64,000 nt of DNA from Phormidesmis sp. (GCA_965248535.1 CBDFJR010000005.1:1888001-1952000); one strand, 5' to 3'. Positions 20,445 through 31,472 are shown, counted from the first letter of the stretch. Numbers and translations are program-made. Notes: generated by a model from the letters alone, not told the origin.

Positions 20445-21167
20445 ATGGAAGCCCTGATTATTCTAGTGTCTTTAGGAATTGTCTGGCTGATTAGCCCCAA
20501 ACGTCGGCGGCGCAGATTTCTGACTCCGATCACGCTAACCGTGCTGATCTGTCTGGCGATTACGTCACCTTGGGGGGTGGCGCTGGCAACTCAAGGGTTG
20601 ACCGCAACGCTACCGCCAGACTCAGGAGAGGCTGTGCAGGCAAGCGTTGTGTTGGGGCGGGGGGATGAGTTGCGGCAACGACGGCTCGAAGCGGTCGAAA
20701 AGCTGTGGCGACAGCAGCGATCGCCACAGGTGTTTGCGAGCGGGATGCTAGATGCCGAGTTTATGGTAGAACAACTACAAGCCAGTGGGATTAATCAATC
20801 TGCCTTAAGTGGCGAACGCTGCTCTCAGTCTACTGAAGAAAACGCACTGTTCACGTCCGCCGTGCTGCATCCTCAAAGTGTCCAAAAAATTCTGCTCCTA
20901 ACGGACTCTCCCCATATGCTGAGATCGCTACTAGTTTTTCGGGGCTTGGGTTTTACGGTGATTCCCTACCCGATTCCGCTGCCTGATCAGTGGTCGTCGG
21001 GTCGTCGATCGCTGGTGGTGCTGAGAGAATATCTGGGGCTGCTGACCTACTTCGTCACCGATCGCTTTCGGCAACGCAGCCCCGCAGAACTGCAAACTCC
21101 TCGGTCAGATGTGACCCAAAAGCTGGTGGATTGGAACTGTAAACTGCCAATGGCAAATCGCTCATGA
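20445..21167 (+). CDS. YdcF/ElyC (DUF218) family protein
   Basis: 'VVLGRG', 'STEENA', 'LLTDSPHMLRS', 'REYLG'. Confidence 0.85.
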   Translation: MEALIILVSLGIVWLISPKRRRRRFLTPITLTVLICLAITSPWGVALATQGLTATLPPDSGEAVQASVVLGRGDELRQRRLEAVEKLWRQQRSPQVFASGMLDAEFMVEQLQASGINQSALSGERCSQSTEENALFTSAVLHPQSVQKILLLTDSPHMLRSLLVFRGLGFTVIPYPIPLPDQWSSGRRSLVVLREYLGLLTYFVTDRFRQRSPAELQTPRSDVTQKLVDWNCKLPMANRS

Positions 21168-22909
21168 GTGCTGATTTTCTAGATCCTCAAGCGCACTATC
21201 AGCTTGAGCGGGAGCTAGGCCACAATCGGGCGGGCGGACGGGTCACCTACCTGGCGCTCGACCTGCGGACTCAACAACAGGTTGTGATCAAACAATTTCA
21301 GTTTGCCCGCTCAGAGTCAAATTGGGCAGACTACGATTCCTACGATCGTGAGATTCAGCTACTCAAACAACTCAATCATGTTGGGATTCCCAAGTATCTC
21401 GACACGTTTCAAACTCCTGACGGGTTCTGCATGGTGCAGGAGTATAAACCGGCCGCATCGCTGGCGACCGGGCGCAGTCTCACGCCTGAAGAAATCGGCC
21501 GGATCGCGATCGCCGTCCTAGAAATTTTAGTCTATCTACAAAACCGCATCCCGATCATCATTCACCGCGACATCAAACCCGAAAACATTCTCCTAGATGA
21601 GCAAGGACAGGTTTATCTAGTAGATTTTGGCTTTGCCCGCGTCGGTGGAGAAGAAGTTGGCGTGAGCAGCGTGGTCAAGGGAACGCTGGGGTTTATGCCG
21701 CCAGAACAGCTATTCAACCGTCAGCTTACTGAGGCTTCTGACCTCTATGGTCTGGGCATGACGCTGATTTGTCTGCTGACGGGCACCAAGTCCGATCGCA
21801 TCGGGGATGTGGTAGACATCAGCTACCGCGTCAGTTTTAAGCACCTTGTTTCTAAGCTAAATCTTCAGTGGATGAACTGGCTAGAGAAGATGGTGGAGCC
21901 ACGTCATAAGGATCGGTTCCCTAATGCAGTAGTGGCGTTATCTGCGATCCCCATTCTGCCCCTGCGCCCTCCAGAGGCGCAATTTAGCCAGTCTAATCTC
22001 ATCGTGAAGGGAACGCGATCGGACGTGCTCTGCATTCAGTCTGTGGTGATCACCAATCCGATCCCCGATACGCTGCTAGAGGGCAAGTGGGAAGTTGCCT
22101 TCCATCCCCACGACCCCGGCCCAGGGCATCCGTGGATTACGGTAGATCCCGTTTCTTTTGTCAGCAATCGGATCGAGTGCCAGGTTGTGGTTGAAACCCG
22201 CAATCTGATCGCAGGCAAAACCTATCAACGTAAGTTGCTGCTGCATACCAACACGCTAGCCAAGGTCTATCCGCTCAATTTACACATTCAAATGCCGTCA
22301 GTCTCCCGGCAAATCTCGCTGCTGCCGTTGGGTCTGCTGGGTCTGCTGGGGTTTATCTCGCTGGGGGTCAGCAGTCTCATGGCGCGGATTGTGCTAGTTA
22401 TGGGCACCGTTGCCGAAGCAACCGCAATGGCTGGCTTTGGGGCAGTGGTGGGCGCAGCGATCGGGCTACAGCTAGCTGCTTGGAGTCTGCACTCAGCCGG
22501 AATGCGGACGGGGGCAACCGCCAACACCCTGGCCGCGATCTCGATCGGCTTGATTGCCATCACCTGGGTTTTTACGGGCGATCTAGCGCTGGCAGGCTCT
22601 GCCGTGATCCTCGGTGCAGGGGCCGGCGGCATCGGTGGCGCGATCTCAGGGACAGTGGCCGGGGTAATTGTGGAAAATCTGCTCGTCAGAGGCACGCAGA
22701 AATCCTGGGCGATCGCTCTAGCTCTGTTAACCAGCCTATTTGGGAGCGGCTTGGGTTTGGGGCTGGCGATCGGGTTTACCCTCCCTGCGGCGCTGCTAGT
22801 GCTGATCAGTGGCGGTGTTTTGCTCGTTTTGGCAGCCCAATCGGCCCTCCAGCGCACGCAACGGCTCTTGGCGCACCGCAAAGCCGAGCGATACCGAATT
22901 AAACCTTAG
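21164..22909 (+). CDS. Hanks-type Ser/Thr protein kinase with C-terminal Gly-rich membrane region
   Basis: 'VIK', 'HRDIKPEN', 'DFG', 'GTLGFMPPEQ', 'SDLYGLG'. Confidence 0.92.
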   Translation: MSADFLDPQAHYQLERELGHNRAGGRVTYLALDLRTQQQVVIKQFQFARSESNWADYDSYDREIQLLKQLNHVGIPKYLDTFQTPDGFCMVQEYKPAASLATGRSLTPEEIGRIAIAVLEILVYLQNRIPIIIHRDIKPENILLDEQGQVYLVDFGFARVGGEEVGVSSVVKGTLGFMPPEQLFNRQLTEASDLYGLGMTLICLLTGTKSDRIGDVVDISYRVSFKHLVSKLNLQWMNWLEKMVEPRHKDRFPNAVVALSAIPILPLRPPEAQFSQSNLIVKGTRSDVLCIQSVVITNPIPDTLLEGKWEVAFHPHDPGPGHPWITVDPVSFVSNRIECQVVVETRNLIAGKTYQRKLLLHTNTLAKVYPLNLHIQMPSVSRQISLLPLGLLGLLGFISLGVSSLMARIVLVMGTVAEATAMAGFGAVVGAAIGLQLAAWSLHSAGMRTGATANTLAAISIGLIAITWVFTGDLALAGSAVILGAGAGGIGGAISGTVAGVIVENLLVRGTQKSWAIALALLTSLFGSGLGLGLAIGFTLPAALLVLISGGVLLVLAAQSALQRTQRLLAHRKAERYRIKP

Positions 22910-23196
22910 GTGAGTTTACCTAGAAAATTTGTCTCAGGCTTGAAGATTCCGTAAAGATCTTAAGGGGAACTTCCGGTAACTTCTGAAATCACGATAGAAC
23001 GGTGTAGAAGAAATGTGACGAACTCTGCCAAAGTGCTTGACATTCGCGATCGCATCTTGTTGGTGAGAATGCAAGCCGAAGCTTTTACCAGCAGAGCATT
23101 CTATGACTTCTGAGAACGGCACAGGTGACGCTTTTCTCAACCTTTAGATCAGGCTAGTTGCCACCAAAAAGGCAGTTTTTCATAAGAGAACGACCC

Positions 23197-24831
23197 ATGA
23201 TGATTGACGCTCGATCGCTGCCGCCCAACGAGATTCTTGAAACACACGTCTGCATTATTGGCACTGGCCCAGCCGGAATTACCCTAGCGCGAGAGTTTGC
23301 AAACCAGAACTTTCAGGTTTGTCTCGTAGAAAGTGGTGGGCTGGACTATGACCCAGAGACGCAAGCTCTGACGGCAGGCACCAGCATTGGCGATCGCTAC
23401 CCTGATTTAACCCAAAGTCGGCGGCGGCAATTTGGAGGCACCTCTCACTGTTGGGGAGCGCCTAATAGCCACAAAGAGTCCGGCTTTCGATGTTTGCCCT
23501 TAGACGACATTGATTTTGAGCAGCGTGATTGGCTGCCCTATAGCGGCTGGCCCTTTGCTAAGTCTGATCTCGATCCCTTTTATGAGCGGGCGCAACGGGT
23601 CTGTCAGATTGGGCCCTATGCTTACAACGCAGAAGATTGGGAAGACGATCGCACAGAACGACTACCGTTTACCAGCGATCGCATCACCACGACCATGAGC
23701 CAATTTGCCTCCCGGACTCCCTTCACCGATGACTATCGCCGCGAGGTTGATCAAGCCACCAACATCACAACGCTGCTTTATGCCAACGTGGTTGAGCTTG
23801 AAACCGATGCCACGACCCAAGCTGTGACTCGCGTTGCCATTGCCTGTCTATCGGGTCAGAAATTTTGGCTAGCCGCCAAGGTGGTGATTTTGGCCACGGG
23901 TGGGCTGGAAAACGCTCGCTTGCTGCTGGCTTCAAATCGTCAACACCCGGCGGGGCTGGGCAACCAGAACGATGTGGTCGGTCGCTATTTTATGGATCGT
24001 CCGATTCTGAGCGCTAGGCTGATTCCCTATGATGCGTCGTTGTTCGATCGCACTGCTCTCCACGACATTCACTGGGTCAACGGCACTCCGGTCATGGCGC
24101 GAGTCAAGTTGACCGAAGACCTGATGCGTCGCGAACACCTGCTTAATAATGGCGCACAGCTATTTCCCCGCCCCCAACCGCGCCAGCGTGAAGCCACGAT
24201 CGCTCTACGATCGCTGCTGACTTCGGTGCGGCAGGGCAAGCCTACTCAAACGATGTTCAATCACCTGACCGTGGCCCTGCGGGGAGCCGACTATCTTGTG
24301 GCCGCAGGCTTGTGGTCTGCGGTGCGACAGTTGCCCTCGCTGCGCCGGGGTGACTGGTCTTATCTGCCCTACGAAAAACGCCGCTTTTCTGAGTTTGAGA
24401 TTTTCTATCAGCTAGAGCAGGCTCCCGATCCCAACAACCGCGTCAAGCTGAGTTTAGAGCGTGATCGGCTCGGTCAACCTCAAACAGAAGTGCATTGGCG
24501 CTTGAACCCGATCGATATTCAAAATGCCCGTCGCGTTCAGGAAATCTGGGCCGAAGAGTTTGCCCAGGCTGGTTTTGGGGAGTTGCAGTTTGCGCGAGAA
24601 GGAGAACCTCTCAAGTTTGAGAAAGAGGCGATGCACCATCATCTGGGCACAACTCGAATGCACTCCGACCCCAAACAGGGGGTAGTAGATGCCAACTCCT
24701 GTGTTCACGGCATCCCTAATCTGTTTGTCGCAGGGTCTTCAGTGTTTCCAACCGCAGGCTACGCCAACCCCACCCTGACGATCATTGCGCTGGCTCTGAG
24801 GCTAGCAGACCACATTAAAACGGTGGTATGA
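23197..24831 (+). CDS. GMC-family FAD oxidoreductase
   Basis: 'IIGTGPAG', 'ENARLLL', 'HHHLGTTRM', 'ANPTLT'. Confidence 0.9.
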   Translation: MMIDARSLPPNEILETHVCIIGTGPAGITLAREFANQNFQVCLVESGGLDYDPETQALTAGTSIGDRYPDLTQSRRRQFGGTSHCWGAPNSHKESGFRCLPLDDIDFEQRDWLPYSGWPFAKSDLDPFYERAQRVCQIGPYAYNAEDWEDDRTERLPFTSDRITTTMSQFASRTPFTDDYRREVDQATNITTLLYANVVELETDATTQAVTRVAIACLSGQKFWLAAKVVILATGGLENARLLLASNRQHPAGLGNQNDVVGRYFMDRPILSARLIPYDASLFDRTALHDIHWVNGTPVMARVKLTEDLMRREHLLNNGAQLFPRPQPRQREATIALRSLLTSVRQGKPTQTMFNHLTVALRGADYLVAAGLWSAVRQLPSLRRGDWSYLPYEKRRFSEFEIFYQLEQAPDPNNRVKLSLERDRLGQPQTEVHWRLNPIDIQNARRVQEIWAEEFAQAGFGELQFAREGEPLKFEKEAMHHHLGTTRMHSDPKQGVVDANSCVHGIPNLFVAGSSVFPTAGYANPTLTIIALALRLADHIKTVV

Positions 24832-24878
24832 GCTAGAAGCTAGTCTGAACCGTTACTTGAGAAAGTCTCAGAAACAAG

Positions 24879-25973
24879 ATGAAAATTGGTATTGTCGGAG
24901 CCAGTGGATTTGTAGGCAATCGGGCGATCGAACTGCTCCACGCAGGCGAAACAGAGGTGCGAGCGATCGGGCGCTCTACGGCCAGTTTCGATCGGCTAAC
25001 CCGAAAAGATGTGGACTGCCGGGTAGCCAATGCGTTTAACCAAGCAGAGCTAGAGGCGGCGTTTCGCGGCTGTGATGTGGTTATCCACTCGATTTTGGGC
25101 AGTCCAGGATTGATTCGTGGCAGTATGGCTCCCACCTACCAGGCGGCCCAAAACGCTGGAGTGCGCCGGATTCTCTACCTCAGTTCGATGATTGTGCATC
25201 GGCCGGCCCCGGCTCCTGGCACGACTGAAGCCAGCCCCCCCGTCGAACATCAACCTTACCCCGCCCATCCTGCTAAGATCGCCGCCGAGCGATCGCTGCT
25301 GCAACTGCGACAAAAGGGAGCCGTCGAAGTCGTGATTTTTCGACCGGGGATCGTGTTTGGGCCGCGATCGCGCTGGGTTAGCGACCTAGCAGAGCAGCTA
25401 ACTCAGGGAACGGCTTACCTGATTGGTGCTGGCGACGGAATTTGCAACACCGTCTATATTGACAATCTGATTCACGCAATGCGGCTAGCCATGACCGCTC
25501 CGGGTGCAGATGGGGAGGCCTTTTTTGTCGGCGATCGCGAGTCCGTCACTTGGTTTGATTTCTACCGTCCCTTTGCCGAAGCCTATGGGATCGACCCGGC
25601 TCAAATCCCACAGCTTGCCGCGCCTGAATTTACCCAAAGCTCAAAACAACGGCTAAAGCAATCGTTGTGGAATTCTGAATGGATGCAAAAAACTCTGGCA
25701 CTGCTGTCTGATGACTTTAAGCAAGCCTTAAAACAAACAATTCCAAAGCGAAACAAACCGCCGCAACCTTTACCAGAAGAAGTTGTCAAGCAGCCTGTTG
25801 TCACTCAAATGATGGCCGAACTGCAACAATCTCGATATAAGCTGCCCTTTGCTAAAGCCGAGCACCTTTTGGGATATGAGCCGATCGTCACGTTTGAGGA
25901 AGGCTGTCAGCGATCGCTTCAGTGGTTGATTGAAACCAAGCGACTCCCCGCAGCGAAGCCAGTGACCCCGTAG
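24879..25973 (+). CDS. NAD-dependent epimerase/dehydratase (extended SDR)
   Basis: 'GASGFVG', 'YLSS', 'RPGIVFGP'; the usual YxxxK reads HPAK. Confidence 0.85.
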   Translation: MKIGIVGASGFVGNRAIELLHAGETEVRAIGRSTASFDRLTRKDVDCRVANAFNQAELEAAFRGCDVVIHSILGSPGLIRGSMAPTYQAAQNAGVRRILYLSSMIVHRPAPAPGTTEASPPVEHQPYPAHPAKIAAERSLLQLRQKGAVEVVIFRPGIVFGPRSRWVSDLAEQLTQGTAYLIGAGDGICNTVYIDNLIHAMRLAMTAPGADGEAFFVGDRESVTWFDFYRPFAEAYGIDPAQIPQLAAPEFTQSSKQRLKQSLWNSEWMQKTLALLSDDFKQALKQTIPKRNKPPQPLPEEVVKQPVVTQMMAELQQSRYKLPFAKAEHLLGYEPIVTFEEGCQRSLQWLIETKRLPAAKPVTP

Positions 25974-26236
25974 CTGAGTCGGTTTTTCCGCCATTGCATC
26001 AGCGATTTCAATCACTAAGAAACTACGCCATCAAAACAACTGAACCGCTAGATTTTTAGAACTTTTCAAACATGAAGTAGCTGTCAAGATTATCCTAATT
26101 ACGATCCGTATAATCGACGAGGTTAAGCCAGTGTGATATTGTTTAATCGTGAGTAGAAAATATAGTGGCTGCCGGAATATTTGTCTGCTGTATTAATCAG
26201 AATTTTGCAAATTAACCAACCATCAGGTAGTGAGAT

Positions 26237-27112
26237 ATGGGACAGTTCAATCACTTTTTCCTCACAAAATTCAACGTCAGAAGCTTTCAAGATCTCAGAC
26301 CGGGCTGCGAACCTGCCTGGCTAGAAAGACGGTTTAAGCTGTTTGATCAATATTGTTTCCCGTCGGTTTCTAATCAATCTAATCAGAATTTTCAATGGCT
26401 GATGTTCTTTGATGTAGATACCCCAGAGCCGTTTAAGCAAAAGATTGAAAACTATGCTAAACAGTGGAAGAACTTTGTTCCAATCTATCTAGATTGTCCT
26501 TTACCTTACGGTGAGTTTCCCGATGAAGTGAGAGCGATCGTCCGCGACTATATTCCATCTGATTGCGAATATCTGATCACAACCTGGCTGGATAATGACG
26601 ACGCAATTCACAAAAATTACGTCCAGATGATTCAAGATAATTTCAATCATCAAGACGGCGAGACGCTTAACTTTATCTTTGGCTACCAGTTAGCTGAGGG
26701 CAAACTCTATTTTGACTTTGAAGTCTCTAACCACTTCATCAGCCTGGTTGAGAAATACAACCCTGACTCATTCAATACTTGTTTGTGTCGTCCCCACAAA
26801 GAACTTTACGAAGTCTGCCACTCCGCCAAGAAAATTTTGTGTAAGCCAGCCTGGATCGAAGTGGTGCACGGCTCCAACTACATGAACGTTTACCGTCGAG
26901 GGTTTCGAGTTCCGATCGGAGCCATTCCAGACGATTTTTCCATCCAGGCTGACGCGCCGATCGACCAAGAGCAAACCATCCCCTTCTTGCTAGAACAAGC
27001 CAAGATTTCGCTGTTTTTTCCTTACTATTTCCTCAGAAAAGTTTTCCTTCGCATCAAGCACAATCAGTTAGATGAGTTGGGCATGAGTCGCTTTTCCGTC
27101 AGAAACTATTGA
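26237..27112 (+). CDS. Putative rhamnosyltransferase-family glycosyltransferase
   Basis: 'RFKLFDQYCFPSV.NQSNQNFQWL', 'TTWLDNDD'. Confidence 0.75.
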   Translation: MGQFNHFFLTKFNVRSFQDLRPGCEPAWLERRFKLFDQYCFPSVSNQSNQNFQWLMFFDVDTPEPFKQKIENYAKQWKNFVPIYLDCPLPYGEFPDEVRAIVRDYIPSDCEYLITTWLDNDDAIHKNYVQMIQDNFNHQDGETLNFIFGYQLAEGKLYFDFEVSNHFISLVEKYNPDSFNTCLCRPHKELYEVCHSAKKILCKPAWIEVVHGSNYMNVYRRGFRVPIGAIPDDFSIQADAPIDQEQTIPFLLEQAKISLFFPYYFLRKVFLRIKHNQLDELGMSRFSVRNY

Positions 27113-27132
27113 TCAGCAGAACCTAGATACCC

Positions 27133-28257
27133 ATGAAAATTCTCATTACTGGCGGAGCCGGATTCATCGGCAAATGGTTAGTTGAAAAGCTGCCGTCTGA
27201 GGTTGAAATTGTCATTATTGACTCGCTGGACGAGCAAGTTCACCGCACCACTCAAGCGTTTGCCCCTGAGTTGACTGCCCGCGCCAAGTGCATTTGCGCT
27301 GATGTTCAGGCGATCGCCGACTATCGGAGCGAGATCGAAGGCACCGATGTCGTGATTCACCTAGCTGCCCAAACTGGCACCGGGCAATCCATGTATGAAA
27401 TCAGTAAGTATGTGCAGCACAACGCCAACGGCACAGCCCAGCTATTAGAGCTGATTTCGACGCTGGATCACAAGCCACGGCGGATGGTATTGTCGTCTAG
27501 TCGAGCCGTTTATGGCGATGGCGCTTACACCGATGGCAAGTCTGTTCTCTATCCCAAAGGGCGATCGCTAGAGCAGTTGCAGCAGGGAATCTGGGAAGTT
27601 TGCGATGCGGGCGGTCAGCCCCTTGCCCCTCTGCCGATGCACGAAAGCCATCTCACCAAACCGACTTCGGTCTATGGTTTAACTAAGCTTTGGCAAGAGC
27701 AGCTACTGCAAAATTACTGCGAGAGTCAGGCGATTGATCTGGTCACGCTCCGGTTTCAAAATGTGTATGGGCCAAAGCAAGAATTGGGCAACCCTTACAC
27801 AGGCATTATCGGCATTTTCACGAACGCGATCGTCCAGGGCAACCGTCTCGAAGTGTTTGAAGATGGGCTGATGACCCGAGACTTTGTGTTTGTGGGTGAC
27901 GTTGCCGACGCAGTGATTCAATGCGCGATGCACGATAAGCCGTTGAACACAATTCTTAATATCGGTAGCGGTGAAGCCGTCACACTATTGGACGTGATCG
28001 AAACGATCGCTCAAGTGATTGACAAACCCGCAGACTACACCATTTCTAGTCGATTTAGAGTCGGAGATGTGCGCCACGCCGTTTCTGACATGGAAGGCTA
28101 TAAAGCGGCGTTGGGTCAGTGGCTACCGACCTCTCTCAGAGATGGAATCGCTCAATATTTAGAGTGGTATTTAGGGCAAAAACCGCTAGACCAGTCTACC
28201 CTGCAAGCCTCTTTCCAAGAAATGGAGCGCAAAGGGTTATTGATGACGAAACGCTAA
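27133..28257 (+). CDS. NAD-dependent nucleotide-sugar epimerase/dehydratase
   Basis: 'TGGAGFIG', 'YGLTK', 'RFQNVYGP', 'RDFV'. Confidence 0.92.
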   Translation: MKILITGGAGFIGKWLVEKLPSEVEIVIIDSLDEQVHRTTQAFAPELTARAKCICADVQAIADYRSEIEGTDVVIHLAAQTGTGQSMYEISKYVQHNANGTAQLLELISTLDHKPRRMVLSSSRAVYGDGAYTDGKSVLYPKGRSLEQLQQGIWEVCDAGGQPLAPLPMHESHLTKPTSVYGLTKLWQEQLLQNYCESQAIDLVTLRFQNVYGPKQELGNPYTGIIGIFTNAIVQGNRLEVFEDGLMTRDFVFVGDVADAVIQCAMHDKPLNTILNIGSGEAVTLLDVIETIAQVIDKPADYTISSRFRVGDVRHAVSDMEGYKAALGQWLPTSLRDGIAQYLEWYLGQKPLDQSTLQASFQEMERKGLLMTKR

Positions 28258-28289
28258 ATGCACCACTGAGTTTTCAAGCTGTGAACGGG

Positions 28290-29555
28290 ATGAATGTCTT
28301 ACACCTCAGTACATCTGATATCGACAATGGCGGCGCACGGGCAGCCTATCGATTGCATCAAGGGTTGCGATCGCTGGACTGCACCTCGCGGCTGTTGGTG
28401 CGAGCTAAATTCAGTTCTGATGCCACGGTTACAGCAGAGCGATCGCCCCTGACAAAATTGGCTCCCCCCATCTCAGAACTCCCGTTGCGGCTTTACCCCC
28501 AGCGCACTGGAATGTTCTCCCCTCAGTGGTTTCCAGATGTTTTGGCTGCCAGAGTTGCTGAACTCAACCCCGATATCATCAACTTGCATTGGGTTTGCAA
28601 TGGCTATCTCCGCATCGAAACTCTAGCTCAGTTCAAACAGCCGATGGTCTGGACGCTGCACGACCTGTGGCCCTTCACGGGCGGCTGCCACTATAGCCAA
28701 GACTGCGATCGCTATAAGACCTCCTGTGGCTCCTGTCCGCAGTTGCAAAGCACCCGATCGGGAGATCTTTCGCGGTGGGTCTGGCAGCGCAAAGCCAAAG
28801 CCTGGAGGGATCTGAATCTGACGATCGTCGCCTCGTCTCAATGGATGGCGGACTGCGCTCGCTCTAGCTCCCTGTTTAGCGATCGCCGAGTGGAAGTCAT
28901 TCCCTGCTGTCTAGACACCGAAAAATATAAGCCTGTCAATCAGCAGTTTGCCCGTGAGTTGCTAAATCTGCCTCAAGATAAACAGCTAGTTCTGTTTGGG
29001 GCGATTGGGGGAACCAGCGATCGGCGCAAAGGATTTCATCTGCTGCAACCTGCCCTTCAGCAGTTAAGTCAAGCAGGCGGGCATGATCAAATAGAACTAG
29101 TTGTGTTTGGCGCATCTGAGCCGAAACCCGCGATCGACCTAGGGTTCAAGTCCCATTACTTAGGCTACGTTCGTGACGACATTGCGCTGGCGCTCATTTA
29201 TTCTGCCGTAGATGTGATGGTGGTTCCTTCCGTGCAGGAGGCATTTGGTCAAACTGCGTCTGAGGCGCTTTCCTGCGGCACACCAGTTGTTGCCTTTAAC
29301 GCTACTGGTTTAAAAGACATTGTGGATCATCAGCAAACGGGCTATCTAGCAACTCCCTTTGAGGTAGACGATCTAGCAAATGGAATCGCCTGGGTACTAG
29401 AGGATAAAGAGCGTCATCAGAAACTACAGTTTCATGCTCGCAGAAAAAGCTTGAGAGAATTTGCATCAGATGGTTTAGCCCGTCGATATCTCTCACTGTA
29501 CGAAGAAGTTTTGAGGGAGGGTTCGAGTGAGGTTAAAGTAAGAAGCAAGTCTTAG
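28290..29555 (+). CDS. Glycosyltransferase family 4 (WcaC-like)
   Basis: 'GGARAAYRLH', 'WTLHDLWPFTGGCHY', 'EAFGQTASEA'. Confidence 0.9.
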   Translation: MNVLHLSTSDIDNGGARAAYRLHQGLRSLDCTSRLLVRAKFSSDATVTAERSPLTKLAPPISELPLRLYPQRTGMFSPQWFPDVLAARVAELNPDIINLHWVCNGYLRIETLAQFKQPMVWTLHDLWPFTGGCHYSQDCDRYKTSCGSCPQLQSTRSGDLSRWVWQRKAKAWRDLNLTIVASSQWMADCARSSSLFSDRRVEVIPCCLDTEKYKPVNQQFARELLNLPQDKQLVLFGAIGGTSDRRKGFHLLQPALQQLSQAGGHDQIELVVFGASEPKPAIDLGFKSHYLGYVRDDIALALIYSAVDVMVVPSVQEAFGQTASEALSCGTPVVAFNATGLKDIVDHQQTGYLATPFEVDDLANGIAWVLEDKERHQKLQFHARRKSLREFASDGLARRYLSLYEEVLREGSSEVKVRSKS

Positions 29556-29655
29556 CAGTGCATTCATAAATTTTTTGAGTATCAGGCTTGGATGGCCTTA
29601 ATACTCGCTAAGATTGGCAACTTTCAACAAGATGTAGTTTGGAGATTATGAAGCG

Positions 29656-31467
29656 ATGGGATTTCTGTCAAGGTTTCTATATGTCATCCCGGCTAAAAAG
29701 ACAGAACTTATACTGATCGTATTGCTCTTTCTCACAATTTCTGTCTTAGATGCCCTGGGTATTGGGTTAGTCGGGCCATTTGTTGGTTTGGCAGTGCAGC
29801 CAGATCTGATGCGCCGCTATGCTTGGTTATCTGGCTTCTATCAGCAGACAGGAATCAGCATCAATCAATTTATTGCTTTGTTGGGATTAGTCATTATTGT
29901 AATTTTTTACCTCAAATCATTCTTCTATTATCAAATTCAGGGCTACGTGCTGAAGTTTTGCTATGCCCAACAAGTTAAACTGCGCCTTAGACTGCTACGC
30001 ACCTATCTATTGCTGCCTTACACCTTTCATCTAAAAACAAATTCTGCCAACGTCATGCAGAACATTGGCAACGAAACCGCAAACTTTACTTACTCGATCG
30101 CGATTCCTCTTCTGAACTCAATTGCCAATGCTTTTGTTCTGGTTATTCTTTTATTTTTGCTTGCCAAGACAGATGCGTTGGCAACAGCTAGTATTCTAGG
30201 ACTGCTTTTAGTTGCTATTGCTCCGTTTCACTATCTAAGGCATAAAGTCGCTCTTTGGGGAAAGGAAGGAGTTGAAGCTAATACAGAAACACTGCGGATT
30301 ATCCATCACGCGATCGGGGGATTAAAGGAAACGAAAGTGATTGGGTGCGAGGGCTTTTTTGAAAGTCAGCTAAATGCTCAAACTAGCAAGTATGCAAAGG
30401 CAGCAAGCCAATTTCATGTTTTTCAACAGCTTCCACGGATTGTTGTCGAAGTTCTTCTAATCACGTTTGTTGTTGGGTTTGTGTCCTTGTCTTTGGTGGT
30501 TACCCACCGCTCGGAGAGCCTGGTTTCAGTTTTAGGTATCTTCGCAATTGCTTCAGTGCGAATTATGCCATCAGCTAGCCAACTCATCTCATCCATGAGT
30601 ACACTCCGAAATGCCACACCTAGTCTTGATAAGATCTACCTAGATTTGAAAGAGTTAGAGAAGCCAGAGTCCGTTAAGTACGTAAAAATGTACCAGGGTA
30701 GGTCTCTGGATAAATCTCTTAAGGGAGGTTTCAGCAGCTTTGATACCGCCAAGCTAGAAACTCTATCGTTCAAAGATAAGATAGTTCTCAGCAAGATAAA
30801 TTACTGTTACCCTAACGCTCCTTCAAATGCCCTATCTGATGTCTCTTTGACAATCCGTAAGGGAGAAGCGATCGCTTTAATTGGCAAGTCTGGAGCCGGA
30901 AAAACCACCTTAGTAGATATTCTTTTAGGGCTGTTAGTGCCGCAATCAGGGGATATTAAAGTCGATGGTTCTTCGGTGTATGGTTCTCTCCGAGCCTGGC
31001 AAAACTTGATTGGATATATTCCCCAGTCCATTTTTCTCACCGATGACACCATAGAAAGGAACATTGCGTTTGGAGTGGCAGATCATCAAGTTGATCACCA
31101 AAGGTTAGAACGTGCAATTCGCTCGGCTCAACTCTCCGAGCTAATCGAGCAACTGCCAGAGGGTACTCAAACAATGGTTGGCGAACACGGCGTTCGCCTA
31201 TCTGGAGGACAGAGACAGAGAATTGGGATTGCTCGTGCCTTGTACCACGAACGAGAAATTTTAGTACTAGATGAAGCAACTTCTGCACTAGATAACGAGA
31301 CTGAGCAACTGATCAGTGAATCAATTCGGGCATTGAGCGGGACAAAGACGCTGATTATCATTGCTCATCGTCTGACAACGGTTGAGTACTGCGATCGCGT
31401 CTATGCAATGGATAAGGGGCAAATCGTGAAGTGCGGCAGCTATCAAGAAGTCGTTTTAGGAAAATAG
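29656..31467 (+). CDS. ABC exporter, fused TM + ATPase (HepA/PglK/MsbA-like)
   Basis: TM domain; 'GKSGAGKT', 'LSGGQRQR', 'LDEATSALD'. Confidence 0.92.
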   Translation: MGFLSRFLYVIPAKKTELILIVLLFLTISVLDALGIGLVGPFVGLAVQPDLMRRYAWLSGFYQQTGISINQFIALLGLVIIVIFYLKSFFYYQIQGYVLKFCYAQQVKLRLRLLRTYLLLPYTFHLKTNSANVMQNIGNETANFTYSIAIPLLNSIANAFVLVILLFLLAKTDALATASILGLLLVAIAPFHYLRHKVALWGKEGVEANTETLRIIHHAIGGLKETKVIGCEGFFESQLNAQTSKYAKAASQFHVFQQLPRIVVEVLLITFVVGFVSLSLVVTHRSESLVSVLGIFAIASVRIMPSASQLISSMSTLRNATPSLDKIYLDLKELEKPESVKYVKMYQGRSLDKSLKGGFSSFDTAKLETLSFKDKIVLSKINYCYPNAPSNALSDVSLTIRKGEAIALIGKSGAGKTTLVDILLGLLVPQSGDIKVDGSSVYGSLRAWQNLIGYIPQSIFLTDDTIERNIAFGVADHQVDHQRLERAIRSAQLSELIEQLPEGTQTMVGEHGVRLSGGQRQRIGIARALYHEREILVLDEATSALDNETEQLISESIRALSGTKTLIIIAHRLTTVEYCDRVYAMDKGQIVKCGSYQEVVLGK

Positions 31468-31472
31468 AACTT

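Noticed and set aside
22288..22902. 197-aa and 140-aa ORFs overlapping the kinase 3' end
   Set aside because: Shadow frames of GC-rich Gly/Ala codons
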